Shown: positions 1-14,300 of the stretch, in pieces
How positions within the stretch are numbered: position 1 is the first letter of the stretch
Layout of the letters: the number at the start of each line of letters is the position of its first letter
Source of the DNA: Balanoglossus misakiensis
Lineage: Eukaryota > Animalia > Hemichordata
NCBI GenBank assembly: GCA_040954595.2
Contig: CM082593.2
Span: 3,179,434 to 3,243,433, forward strand
Direction of reading: 5' to 3'
DNA: 64,000 nucleotides
Position numbers and translations under genes: made by a program
Notes under the pieces: model-generated
Seen by the model: the letters and a program-made list of their open reading frames with translations, nothing else
The model's database searches: none
Told to the model about the DNA's origin: nothing

Positions 1-164
1 ATTATTTAGACAAATTTGGCCAGTAAAATTGAATGTACCGTCATTTCTTTTAATTAAGGATTTTAAAATTCTCCTTTGTGTGTATAATCTACATTCCATA
101 TTAAAATAAGTCACCGTGCTTGCTTTCAATAGCTAATCAGGCTCACCTAACTGTCGTTTATTCT

Positions 165-3075
165 TTACTTAAGTAAGTAATCGTACGACAAAAGGTAGTC
201 CGGTATCCCATGAAGATTCCGCAAGGGAATTGTTTTAAGTTTCCGTCTCTGTCTTGCATATCCAACAAACCGAGACCATTGCGAACCATGACAGGATATA
301 AAGAGAGGCGTCCCTGTACAAAAACCAAAGTCGTAACATGCTCCTGCTCAGTAATGTCCAATATTTTGTAGGAAGTTGTGAGTTTGGGGACTACACTACA
401 ATATTATTCTATTCTACAACTTTCCCGCGTATAAATGGTCATTTCTTATTCAAAGAGTAGAAGTACATCAGTAGGATATCTAATTCCAAGTGAGATACAG
501 GTAAAATAATAACATAAAAATAGTATAATATATACTTACTTTCAGCGATTTCTTGTTCTACCAAAGAAAGGACATAATTGTCATCCTTATACTTAGAGAG
601 TTCCTTGCTCATCTTCATAGCATCTTCTATTATATATGCATGCTCCAATTTATTCTTAATACGAAAGACCATTTTCTGAAAGATCAATACATATATAAAT
701 ATATATCAAAATGGATGGATGGATGGATGGATGGATGGATGGATGGATGGATGGATGGATGGATGGATGGATGGACGGACGGATGGACGGACGGATGGAT
801 GGATGGATGGATGGATGGATGTATTGTGTATGAGTCTCTTGCACCAAATATGCCTTACCTGTTCATAAGGTGCTGTTGCAACATACAGACAGGTTATGTT
901 GTGTTTACGCAGTGTGTCAGCGACAAGATCAACAATGGTGTCAACTTTTTCAGAGAGAAGAGCCAGGCCGTGTCTTACGGTTTCTGTACAAGATCTCCTG
1001 TAAGTCCAAGGCTGTCCTCCCGCCCTACAGCTAACAATGCAGAACATAGGAGTTAAACATATTCTCAACTCACGCATTATCTCGCGCTAACTAACGTGAT
1101 TGGCAGCAAAGAGGCCCTGCATGACTAAGACTAAAATTATAGTGCATTGAGTAGACATACAAACGTTTCTGTTATATTCCCCCCATTGCTCACCCATTTA
1201 AACGTCAAAATGTGTTCTAAACAATGTTGGTGATTGTTTCAGGTCGCTTATTTGATGAAATGGCTCGTTTCATCCAGTTTATGGTCGTTTGGATCGCTTT
1301 GGCCCGTTTGGCACAGTCATCCACCAACCGGTATTAACAAAACATCGGATATTGTGACTAGAACGTGGTCAATATTGGTTCTGTCGCATTATACCGACGC
1401 AAATGTGCACATACTACACGCTGACGGATTTGTAGGGTAACACGCTGACGGATTGGTTGGGTAACAGTTGCAACGAATGAAAGAACTTTTGGCCATTCAC
1501 CACTCTATTTCATTCGTGGACTTATTGTGGCATCGTTGGACCGACACGGAACAGCATTGTTTGCGCGATAAATACCTAAATGTACTATGGTTATAGAACT
1601 TAAATACGAATACAATTTTGCGTGTATAATAATGATGACCTACGTGTCACACAAAATAGATTAGCTCATGTTGTTGAGTTTGTTTGACGTCTCCATTATT
1701 CGGACTTAACGTAACCGTCTTTTAAAAATAAAATTAAACAACTTTCTTTAAAGTCAAAACTTACTGTTCACCACTTTTGTTCCTCCAGTGCATGACTGCA
1801 AAAGATCCCTCGCATATTTTACCAGTCACTTCTTCCGCCATCCTTCGCACATATGGCGCCCTCAAGAAATATTCAGACACTTTTTTGAAAATTTCTTCGT
1901 TTTGGAATATCTGGTTCCTTGGCGTCACGTAGCCGAGGCAACGAACTGAATTCATTTCCTTGAATCTGGTCGGCACGTTTTCAAGTATTGGCGGGATATC
2001 GTAGACGCTCGGCATCGTTACGCCCAGGAGTCTTTCACACTGGCGTTTTATGAAGTCATATTCGTCCAGACGAGCTGCATCAGATCCCCTTGGAAACGGT
2101 CCGAATGTGATGTTCTGGACAGTGAAATTAAGTCCGCACTCTCTCTTGAACTCTTCGAAGGTTGCCACGCCGACGATTTTGCTGAGCTTGGCTATATCGA
2201 ATGTTTCGTTCACCGTGCGCTCTGTTGGCCCCGTCGACTGCGTGTGGTGTTTGTGAAGGTACGGTAGGACCAGTTGGCGGTGTTGGTAAATGGAGGCGAT
2301 GGCGGCGAAGCGTGCATGTATGTAAAGGCCACTCGGTCCGTCCTGGTACTGAAACAACGGAAGCAGATACTTCTTCGGCTCTTTTGAGTTTCCATGCGTC
2401 GCTCCTTTGTTCGACACTGAACGCTCTTCTGTGCTGGTTTGCGCCGACTCCGTACGGTGGTTAAGTTGAGACACAGAATGTTTAGCTTCTGATGGCGTAG
2501 CACTGATCACGGGAACCTGAGAAAAAAAGAATGAAAAATGCCAGAAACCATGTATTTAGAGTCTAAGCAATGCATAGGTATAGGCCACAACTATTTCAAC
2601 ATGGTGGCTATAACCTATGGTGTGTCTAATTACCAGGTGTGGCCATTTGTTGCATTCTCGAACACGTTGCAGCAGACAGGCCCATTTTTGTCAAATAGTT
2701 ACATAACAAACTCGGTGGCCGCTAAGAACAATTACTGTAAAGACATCAACAAAAATGGCTTTGTCTTGAAGAGTTGTGTGCTGTGCATGATGTCAGGCTT
2801 ACCTGGCTGTTGTTGAAATGCCTCTCGACGGAAAATTTCTGCTTGTCCATAACTTCTCGGTTGTCTTTGTTAACGAGCGTCCAGTTCAAATGTTTCCATT
2901 CGCGAGGCGGCGAAGTGGTGTCCGGGATCTGAACACTGTCCAATCGTCGTCTGTATGGCGCGCTTAGCCAAAATCGCATGACACTGAAATAATATGTGGG
3001 CAACAAACCAAGGCCAATGGCGCACACGACATAGAAGAAGAAGCGATACCGACTGCTCCGAATCGTTACAGCCAT
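165..3075 (-). CDS. Type II membrane glycosyltransferase, GDP-fucose O-fucosyltransferase-like (GT-B fold), 5 exons, 493 aa
   Basis: Hand-spliced exons: 3075-2803, 2516-1765, 1030-859, 675-540, 313-165. All introns are GT-AG with matching phases (0,2,0,1); total 1482 nt ending in TAA. N-terminal cytoplasmic tail plus TM anchor ([22 protein letters not shown]) and a Ser/Thr-rich stem. Family-like motifs: [12 protein letters not shown] (HxR), [27 protein letters not shown]. Family assignment is by motif recognition only. Confidence 0.8.
711..820. repeat. (GGAT)n/(GGAC)n tetranucleotide microsatellite in intron 3 of the glycosyltransferase
   Basis: Directly visible tandem array; it explains the MDGW/HPSI ORFs. 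Confidence 0.97.
1416..1466. repeat. 24-bp tandem duplication (intronic)
   Basis: ACACGCTGACGGATT(T/G)GT(A/T)GGGTA, two adjacent copies. Confidence 0.85.
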
Positions 3076-3248
3076 TCTTGCATACGAAGCCTCTCTCTGG
3101 ATATGCGTCTATTCGAGAAGCCAGCTGAACTTATGACCTTTTAGATGTCTACACCTGTGGCACTCGTCTGTTTCTATATGCAAATAGTTCTCTCTTAACA
3201 AAACATTTCACAAGAATAAAACATAAACAATCAACAGCAATAATCTGG

Positions 3249-3459
3249 TTAAAGTAGAAAGCGCCTCGAAAATCACAGTTTTAAACTTTTTCTCATAGTT
3301 TGCCCAAGGCAACTTTACATTATTCAAAGTTCAAACTGGCCGCCAATTACTGTATTAAGTCTATGGAGAAAAATTAAATTTGCAATTATTTTATGAAAAA
3401 AGACCCCAGCAAGATGACGATGAACACTCTATTTTCTGTCCCCGAGGCTCAAACTTTAA
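3249..3459. mobile_element. Degenerate TTAA-flanked MITE-like element
   Basis: TTAA at both ends (3249-3252, 3456-3459) with imperfect inverted termini TTAAAGTAGAAAGCGCCTCG / CGAGGCTCAAACTTTAA. TTAA target sites are typical of piggyBac/Kolobok-type DNA transposons. Confidence 0.45.
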
Positions 3460-4060
3460 CCTCACCGATCATACTACACACCTTAACAAGTCTCGTAACA
3501 TCACACGATACAAGGTTCAATAAATCACAAAACTATTAAACGTTGAATCAATTTACCTTTATTGAAGCTCTGACTTGGAATTAACATGCAAATATCATAG
3601 ACGACAAACAGCTCAAATTATTGACAGTCTTAGTACTCATGTGGACTTTAAATGGTAAAACTGACATATTATAATTATATGAGTTCCAATGAAGGGCGTT
3701 ATTTATGAGTGGCGACGTTGCCATCTGTGCAACGCTTCCTGTTTTAATTATTGAAAACGCCAGGCTTCGATAAAACTAAAGTTCGAGCTTTTTTTATCAG
3801 GCGGAGTTTCATACAATTTTTCCATATTGATGACAGATTTAATTACAATTATTTAATACTGCAAATACAGGTTATACTTTCACGTATTTTTATAAACATT
3901 GTATTCGTGTACTGAAAATGCTGTGCGAATAACGAAAAGTGAACCAAATATAAACCAATACTTCATTTTATATTATTGCTTCGATACAATGGTGTAATAT
4001 CTGGGTCGTTGACAACTCCAGATCACCAAATACATAATTCTTTGATCTGAAATTCACATT

Positions 4061-4066
4061 TTTATT
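4061..4066 (-). terminator. Candidate ChAT polyadenylation signal (AATAAA); 3'UTR about 1.27 kb
   Basis: TTTATT on + strand at 4061-4066, downstream of the ChAT stop and upstream of the next gene's promoter. Usage not demonstrated. Confidence 0.5.
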
Positions 4067-5326
4067 AAAAGAGACGTGAGTTGACATTCATTCTGCTCTC
4101 AGAAGCTGTAACTGTCGAAGTACAGTTCACGGGGCAGGCGAAGTAAGTTGATTTTGTATTTCATCAATAATCTGTAGTCACGGCAGTTTTTTCCGCCACA
4201 CACGCAAAAATAACATTAATATGATCGGCATTCACATGTGAGTCAAACATTGGAAAATTTACAACACACAGCCACAGTCACAGAAACAAAGCTACATCGA
4301 TAAGTGATAACACAAAGTGTGTCGTCTTGTCCTGTCCACTAACATTACCTATTCAAACCATTTGCATAATCATACATGAACGTGGTCTTGACATACACTG
4401 CCTGTTACGTACGTATAATTCATTTGTAGAACGCATGTGAATTCTACAATATCGACTTGTCTCACCTATCACATCCTGTCACGGTAAATGTGTTTAATTA
4501 TGTGTAAATCGTGGAATGAAATCCCTTATTGCATTAATTCGCATACGCATTCTTATGTACACCTTCGCGCATCATTTCGGAAATTCTATACAATTATTAC
4601 ATTGATTCCTTTTAATTGCACAATTTTGATACACAGTTATAGCTCGCTAGTTGTAACATCTTTGTTTGCCAACGGCTAAATAACACCACGGGACTCCAAC
4701 TATTAAGTATGTAAAACCTTTAAGTAGAGTTGTAAATGATAAATCATTCGGTGATATTTCCTGGCCATCGCATTGTATACCGGAAATTAAACCGAATTCT
4801 GGTCAATACTGATTCATTAGAGTAACAGCAATTCAACCATAACGAAATAACGATATATGTGTAGATAACCGACGTTTGTGGCAGATACGGTCACACCTAA
4901 CCAGCTGTTACAAAACACTTTGCATTATTCTTCAAAATAAGCAACACGAAAACATGCGTGTAGTAGGGTGTCACGTTTCTCGCGTTTGCTAATGCTTTAA
5001 AAACAGCACGCTGTGAATATTCTATGTAAATAAATGGTATCACAATACTACCAGAGCTCTACGGAGGATTTGGGTATGTCAGACATTCTTTTAGCAACTG
5101 TTACCGCATTTTAGTCTTTTGGCATCCTACTTTTTCCATCTGCACCATCTGCCATCACCTCCAAATCACCCACTCCCCAGAAATCAAATGGTCCTCCACA
5201 GCCAAAATATGTTAACTGTTACATATTCGATCATGACCGTCGGGGACATACAATATGACAAGAAAACCAACTCAGTTTTCCAAAGAAAAAACAATTTGTC
5301 AAATACGTGTTTAAAGCAGGGTTACG

Positions 5327-8300
5327 TTAATCGGCAGAAGGCTGAACCTTGGTTCCGTTCTGTCGCCCATTGGTCTCCGCGTATCCGTTAACGCATGCGC
5401 TGTCAGTCTCCACCCCAAGCAGCAGATCGTGCATCTCTAGTAGACTGGTGCGCAGGGAATGTCGGAAGACGAGGGAATTGGTCTCAGAGTTGCTTTTCAA
5501 GGACGATATGGCAAACAGGATGTAATTTTCATGAGGGTTGTAGGCCGCTCCGTATCCGTTGGGCACCACAGGACCGTAATACATGAAGCAGTCCATCCTT
5601 GTTAGAACCTGGCAATATAACAAGATTTTAATAAAGGGGAGACTCGTCTCAACTACACATGCGCGACATTTCTGTTCATAAACACACACTGTAAATTGAA
5701 AATGTGATATCGACGGCTGTACAGACAACAGAATGAAGTATGCACGCATTACACACGAATGAAATATATTTAAAAAGAAATATATGTCTGCAAAATTTCT
5801 CCTGTTCATTTGTTAAAAAGGGAAGATTATGACATAAATTACTATACACATCCTGTGGATAAGCCACTGATGAACGCAGACACATATATTATTATGAATT
5901 TAATTTAGACTCTTTTAAGATTACGTATTAAATATGAATGATCGTCCATGGCTTGCATAAATTAAAACGGGCTCTCGACCAATCACAACAATGTATTTGC
6001 GGCCATGTTGGGCTGATATAATAATATATCACTTACCTGGCTGGTTGAAAGGGGAAATAAGTTACTGTCTTTATAGCACTCATCTTCAAATATTGCTGGC
6101 GTTGGCCAATTTAGTTCTTTCGCCAGCTCCCTCAAACCAAGAAGATGGCAGTCGACACCATAACCCAGAATTGTCTGTCGCGGTGAAATACAGCAAGTCA
6201 TGATTAATAACCGATAAACGCTGATAATCGTTGAATCGTCAATGTTTACTGTATATAAAATTAATGTTCACTCGTTAATATGATACTCTCTCATAATCAT
6301 TTATTATTTCGTTGAACTGAATGTTCAGTGTTTGTCTCGTTTTATTTTAATGTTTTCCTGGTTGAACTGAACGAATATAAGTATAACGTACCGATTAACC
6401 GATTTTTCACAATGTTAAGAGTTTTGTTCCATTTCAATATATATGATTCCCTAAAGGTGGTGGCATGCAATACCCATAGTGAATTTAAAACGAACAATCA
6501 TTTTATTGGTTCCCAGGCGACAGACTGCCGAACAACACATCAAACAAACCTCAACAGGAAACTGACATAGTATACCTGTATCATATATTCTGTTTGGTAG
6601 TCCATAGCTGCTCTCATCAGTCGTTTTTTGTCCGCAGCCTGTGATAAAAGATGACAATATACAATGCATCGGTATTGATAGAAAGAATCAAGAGTTGATC
6701 TAGACATTTCTGGATTTTTACGACCACAAATAGCTTACATTGCGTTCCATAAAAATAATGTTTTCGTGCGTTTGTTTGAAAAAAAAAGCTGGATGTGACT
6801 TACTGTTGCCGGCTTGACTCCCGTCATTGCTTGGGCAAATTCCAGGGCTTCCATCGACGCTGCTCTGATATTGTCTACTCTGCCAAGTTGAAATCGCCGC
6901 GTGGAGGCGCTTTCGTAGGTGTGCGTGAGACGTCCGTGGACCCTGGACGAGATGTAGATTAATATTACCACGTCAGCAGCAGCAGCAGCATTGATATTAA
7001 TTGTCTTATATACACATAACGCCTAATAACTGCTGTCCAAAATTCAAAACTTAACTTACTTGTAATATGCTAGCTGCAATGCCAGTTGAATATAAGCATC
7101 AGGGCTCATGTTCTGTGACTTTGGGAAGTTTTTACCATACTCTGTAAAACGCATGATTTGCAGGTCTAGGTCCTCAGCAAGTCTGAAAGATGGGGAAAAG
7201 GGTACTTAATGTCATATATGTTATCACAAGTAAATATGGTGTCAGTTACAGATTAATAACCATGCAGATTCTCATTGCTGACGTAACCACTTATTTACCG
7301 GTCAATCTTCTCCCTGGCTGTCTCCAGATCTTTGTATAGCAACCTCGTCGGTTTCCATCGCAACTTTCGTGGAAACGGCAACTCACATATCGACTGGGCG
7401 CGCAGAAGTTTTCGTTTTCTGGTCTCCGAATCTCTGTTCATGGAAAATGAGAATTTTTTTGTGTTTATTTTGGCCTAAACCTTTCAATTTCACACAATAT
7501 TGTGTCCACATAGGATCGTGCATCTACTGATTATGACTGAGTAATATCACTTTTATTCAACACCATTCTACCGGTAATATTACCGCTGTATTACTTACAG
7601 GTATTTAAGCAGATGCTCGATGAGTTGGATGACGGCTACGCCCTCTGCAGGTGAATGCTCATACACCAAACCGGCAGCACCGTCGTCGCTTACAATAAAC
7701 TGTAAGGAGATTGGTTCGAAAAAAATGTATATTATTAAGTTTCTTAAGCATTTAATGTTTAATGGGTAATCCTACCAGTTGTGGATATCATACGACTCTC
7801 TCCTATAGGACAAGGGACATGAATTTTGCAAGAGAATGATACAAAATAGACTTGCCACATGGACCAATCAATTCTTTCCGCAGCAACGGCATTTTACCTG
7901 CATAGTTTTGTCGTACCACCGGTTGGCGGCGTTGTACTCCGAGCCCCCACCATGAAGCATTTGGTAGGCCAGGTGAACGTCGTCTTGGTCTATTGGTTTG
8001 TTTATGTCAGTCATTGGAAATCCCGAAGACTTGTCCAGGCAAAGCAGAAATATACACCTCTCTATCATATCGAGTGAATCTCTGTTCATTGAATCTGAAA
8101 ATAAAAATGAAAACAAATGCTGACTCATGTTGGCTTGGATTTGAATGAGGGTGTGAGGTAAAGGGGTCGAAGCACTGACGGAATTGGCAAGAACTATGAC
8201 ATAAACTTACCTTGCATCAATCGTTCCCTGGCCATCGCCCACTCCGTCCTCCCCTCCGTTGTCATTAGCCCAACTGGGGGTTGTTGGTCGTCGTCTTGTG

Positions 8301-11300
8301 TTGCTATGGAAACTATTCTTTTGAGTTGCGTCAGTAAATTCTCCTCGCTCAGTCGTTTGAAGTTCACTATCACGTCCAGGACGAAAAACTAGTATGACAA
8401 AATGAGACATTCCGCAGCACGGAATGGGAAAGACATGATAAGTATAGGCATTATAGAAATCGAGAAGAATTGACAAATACACAAGAATAAAGCTCAGTGT
8501 ACCCTATTCTCCTAAATGCGTGACCATAAACTGTTATTGATATGATGAAGAATCGTCATTTAAAAATGGACTATAAAGGTGAGGGCGCCCGCACGGGTCA
8601 GATTTATTTACAGTCTACACAAACATGGCTGGCAGTCGAGATAAGACCGAGAAACAAGAGTCATTTTGTTACCTGATTGTTGCAGACCACAATCACGTGT
8701 TCTGGTTCTGGCAGCAGACTCGTTTCCTGGGTAACCAAGATGTCCTTCTTGACACCGGGTAGTCGATACGAGGAAAACAAACGGTAGTATTGCTTCATGC
8801 AGAGCGGCTGGCCGGGTTTGCGTGACCTCGCCCTGTCGACAGGAAGCGCACGCCTGCAGACAGAGAAATAAAAACAAAAGCATCAAGTTGTATGCAATGG
8901 AACGTTGGGGTCAAACAAAGTGAATGTTAGTCAATGAAATGGGGCTAACAGTTTTCATGTGTACATGAAGGGAAATGCAGTTAAAGTGAAAGATATTACA
9001 TAAATTAATCTGGTTATTATGAAATGTTGAATTTAGCCACAAAACTCAATATTCACCGATATTTCGATGGCACTAATAATTGATAGAAGACACTTACTTG
9101 TCTATGACAACCTTGTAATCTAGAATGCCTGATATAAGTCTTGCAGCAAACCTGGAATAAAAGCACGGCTGATTTAGAGCGATGATGGTACATGTATTAC
9201 CCACAGGGATTCATACAAAAATGAAGAGAGCTCGCAATGACAGACAAGTTAAAACGTATCTCTCACCTCAGTTGTCCATCTTCATCTTTAAACTTCTGTT
9301 TCGGAAACACCATCCCTGGATTTGAGTTGACCGGCAGAGGGAGGCGCACGTTGGAATACATATCCTCCAGCCACCATTTGTACACCTGCGGAGCCGTGAA
9401 ACAAGAAAATGTAGCGGTATGGCTCCATATAACATGACTGTCACTAAACCTGGTCCCAATCATAGCCGACCATACTTGGCCTGGTGCCATGAAAGAGCCA
9501 TGCTAAACCGTTGACACGAAAATAATTGTTTTAAATTTCTACTGTATTCGTCTCAAAACAGTTTGCCACCATAATAGTATATTTCATGATATCTGTCAGT
9601 TTCTTATAATATTAACTGTATTTCTACATAGTACACAAAGTCGCTATGCAGCCTTCATCAGTGGGTAAATATTAGCATACCACTAAAATTGATTTTTTTT
9701 CCTTCTCTGTGTGGAAAATTGGATTGTGTTTCATTACCAAGTAATGCAATCTAGGGTCGTTCTTTAGAAGGGGAGGATAAATTGTTAGGTGTTCGTGGAT
9801 GATTGAATTAGTGAAATGAAACACACATCGATGGTTTCAAAACAGGGAATGCGATCCATCAAAGTAGGGTAGCGATCATCACCGTGTATTTGTAGACATT
9901 TCTGATTAGGAAGCCCACGGGAAAATATTTTCTCTTTATGAAGAAAGCGTTCCATAAACAGTTTCCCTGAAAATGAAATCCGTGTATATCTATAAAAAGT
10001 GAGTGTTCTGTTTCGAAATGATTAGGAAAACATGTATTGGCCATCGTGTTTGCGAGAAACCTTTCAGAGACTTAAGTTTCATATATACAATGGCAGTCAT
10101 CATGAACTACAAAACGTTGTATTTCGAGCTGACTTCACTAGTCGTCTAAAGGTATTATCATGTGAAACAAAGACAAAGAAATCTGCGTTTACATTTCAGA
10201 AAGAAGCTATATAGGCCTACTGGGTACTCATCCCTGATATCAAATTATCCTTTCTAATCTGTTGCGACGGAGTCTAATTCTGCTATTTATAGGATATTCA
10301 TTCCACCAGGCATTTAATACCAGTCAGAAGTCTACTCCAGTTTCTAGATCTGAGTTCCTTCAAGTTTTCGATATAAATCAAGCTAATATGATAGATTAAA
10401 ATGGGGTCAATCAGATCCCTGAGACGTTCACTACGCCAGTATTTGTTACATGGCTATGCCACTTAAGGAAAAGGACAGTTAATGACAAAATGTGGTGGGT
10501 AATTACAGGGTGGGCCATATTTGACCTTTCTAAGTATTCCACGTCATATATTGTTGTAGACTGATCAGGAGGTATTGATTACAGAAATAAAACACTCGGA
10601 TAACATTTTGGCAGAGGCGTTTCTCTTAAAGCGGCGCCAGGTATTTCCTTGATGTGTATATTTGGCGGCAAGTGGAGAATTTTAACCCGGAAAAAACCAA
10701 CATCTATACGCCAGAAACCTTCATTAATTACTGACTGAGAATGGAATTACAGAATTTCCAGAATGGGCGTCCGTGATTGATGAAGACATTTAACCCGGCT
10801 TACTCTCGATAGAAGTTGACGCTTTTATGACATCTTCCATCTGAACTTGAGCAACGGTACTTTCAATTCATTGCATAACTTACATCAAACGAGCCATTTT
10901 CATGTCATGTTTTTACAACAATTAGGCTCACAAAAATCGATTTAGTACACTTTAAATATTGAACTATCTTTATATAGACATGTACCCGGTATATAAATAT
11001 GTTACTCCGGTCGATAATATTCTATAATACAATCAATCCTCACAAAGGCATTTTCAGTAAAAAATCAACAAGAGGGCCAACATCATTCAGCTTTACATAG
11101 ATATCTGACTGTCAGCATTCCTTTATGTAAAACACAAATTTGTGAATCTTCCAAGAAAGTTAAGCGGCCCGGGCTTCCGGAGGACCCCTCGGGCTAATGT
11201 AAATCCAGCGCATGTCATTGCACGCACTTCGGAAATGTATACTTGCTTAAAAGCCTGTCAGTCAGGATGCTATCATAGTTGCTAAACTCACAGTGCAATG

Positions 11301-14300
11301 TTCAGCTCTTAAATACAGATAAGCTAATTCCTTTCAAGTGCTTCTACCTTTACAATGCATGATGGTATCTTGCTAAGCTTCTGACACTCCTGGTAATCTT
11401 TGACCTTGGTTGACATCTCAGAAGTTTATTATTTCAGATGTATGTATGTATGTATGTATGTATGTATGTATGTATGTATGTATGTATGTATGTATGTATG
11501 TATGTATGTATGTATGTATGTATGTATGTATGTATGTATGTATGTATGTATGTATGTATGTATGTATGTATGTATGTATGTATGTATGTATGTATGTATG
11601 TATGTATGTATGCATGCATGCATGCATGCATGCATGCATGCATGCATGCATGCATGCATGCATGCATGCATGCATGCATGTATGTATGTATGTATGTATG
11701 TATGTATGTATGTATGTATGTATGTATGTATGTATGTATGTATGTATGTATGTATGTATGTATGTATGTATGTATGTATGTATGTATGTATGTATGTATG
11801 TATGTATGTATGTATGTATGTATGTATGTATGTATGTATGTATGTATGTATGTATGTATGTATGTATGTATGTATGTATGTATGTATGTATGTATGGATG
11901 GATGGAAGGATGGATGGATGGATGTATGGATGGATGGATGTATGGATGGATGTCATCACAGACTGGAACACAAGACTGGACAACGTCACTGCTTCAGCCA
12001 TGCAACATTTGCATAAATTAATCAAAGGGGGGAGAGCATGCGCAGCGACCAAATGGACACAACACTTACCCAGTTCGCCTTGGACTCTGCACATTCCAGC
12101 AGTTTTTCCTGCAAACGTTCTCCGTCTCCTCCCGGTTTCCCGAATTCCTCCACCAACTTCGAGTTTCTCTCGTATTGTTCATTTGAAACTACGGGCTTGA
12201 GTATTTTCAAGTATTTTTCTAATGTTGATTTCAAAGGTGGCACTGGTAATTTAGGCAGAGGTTCCTGGTTACAAAAAGAGTAAATATCTGTATGTCAGTA
12301 AAAATAGTTATGCCCCTCTTCGTTAATATTTGTTTGAACTTTCTTATAGGCATTACAGCGGAATTTAAGTATGTAAATTATGCACTTTTAATAAGATAAA
12401 ATATTAATGTTAGTATCTAGAATCATTTTAATGTAAATATAATTGATTAATGTTGTTATTATCATTATTATGCCATTTTCTAGGTATGGAAATAATATTT
12501 GACTTAATTATATTTAAAACATTTTAAATGATGAATTTATGTTATATCAGTGTGTAGACGGTTCAGACATGATATTGTCATTGCCGATGTCAAATTCAAT
12601 TTCGATAGTGAATATAGAAGGAACGCTACTTGAGATAATTAACTTCGTTCGGCATGCTGGTAAATTAAATGAGTTTTCCTCAAGGTAGGCATGTTTAGTC
12701 AAGTCGAACGAGTGTGAATGACACCATCCGCTGATCAGTCATTCCTTTCGGCTATAGACGTTGGGAAACTGTTTTGTCTGGCTTTTTTTCAAACCAAGAG
12801 CTTGCGAGCCGGACTAGGAAACTAAAAACTTCCCAAGCAGGCTGCAAAGCTGCGACCGTACTAAACATTCGGCTAAGTACTCAAAAATAAGCGAGGCAAG
12901 CAATAACCTTTCCAGGTATCTGGAACTCTTATGGTAGAAACAATGACATGCGAATATACACTAAGAAGCACGCACTATACACGAAGCAAAAGCTGGTCTA
13001 ACCATGCAGCGACGGTGCATGGGAAACAAGCCCAAAAATACGGATATACGTACAATTGAAAGGACGCCATCCTCGCGCCCGTCTCCGCCGCTTCCCTGCA
13101 TACTCTCGTCAGAGAAAGCGATTCCCCGTCTGACCAGAAATAAAGTTCATTCTAGCTGGAAATACCACGCGAGGACGCCGTAGACTACGGGAATACGTCG
13201 CCACCGACTGTATACTTATCTGTCATTAACTTTATAACTTGGATATATTCATACAACTGACGTCCTGGTCTCCTTCATAAAATATGGAGGCGACGACGAA
13301 TGCATATTTAGGCGGGGACTAAACTGTTGCCAAATATAGATTACCACAAATTTAAATGAACGACAAACTCGACGCCCGACGAAGTAATTAATAGCTCAGT
13401 TTTTAATCATTACGCAATCAAACCAACCTAATCGATAGCCTCTTTAAGAGAACCGGAGTTGCGACACTAACGCAAACGTTATCTCGTAGGCCGCATCAGA
13501 ATCGCCAAAACTTAATTGAATTAACATGTACCGGGTAACACATATTACGTAGACATACATGTGACGTCAGCGTCCCCGCGATATACTGCAACTGTGCGGA
13601 ATTCAAGCGTTTTGACTTGCGATGCTGGGGGTCAAACCACCAATTTTGGAGCGTGTGGCTTTGATGGGCTGTCACTCAGGCTTGGGTTTGTTTCCGTGGT
13701 GACAGTGACGTAAGACAGTTGGTAGGAACGTCAGGCATGCGGTTTGGCATGGGCGACCAAGCAGAATTTGTCGGAAACGTAGGGAAATATTATTTTGGTT
13801 ATTTGCACTGGTTTGTGAATTTGAAAAAAAATGGTTTGCTTCACATAAGTTTGAACGAGAGCACACGGCACTTCTGATATAAGCCCTGTAGGTGACTTAC
13901 AAGTTTCTTCAGCATAAATTCAAAGAAATGCAATCTTCTTTTCCCTGCCATTCACACATAAAATGGAATTAATGTCTTTAATCAAAACGATATTGTGTAC
14001 GTCCCCTCGCAATTAAAACCATCTTGGCAATTCTGTGTTTATTTCTGTTTCAAGGGAAACATTTCCACTGCCTTGATTTAACAAGTGTTGGACCAGGTGT
14101 GAGTTTTGTACAGTGAAATAATGAATATGCAAAGTCGACCGCAAAAGTCTCGTAAAAGTTTATATGTGAAAATAGTATAATTTAAGGGGTTTTTGAATAA
14201 TTAAATCTTCCTATCATGTTGAAGAAAAAACGTCCAAGACGACAAGCCGGAAGCGAAAAGACGCCGTGTTTGAAAAGACGATTTTACTGTTCTATGAACG

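Noticed and set aside
7640-7665. Catalytic motif HSPAEG has Glu where vertebrate ChAT has Asp (HSPFDG)
   Set aside because: Glu at this position is normal in invertebrate ChATs and in carnitine acetyltransferase; not a defect or novelty.
11400-12200. Long ORFs of 190-266 aa (MYVC/HTYI repeats), and similar MDGW/HPSI ORFs at 553-1077
   Set aside because: Artefacts of stop-free tetranucleotide microsatellites.
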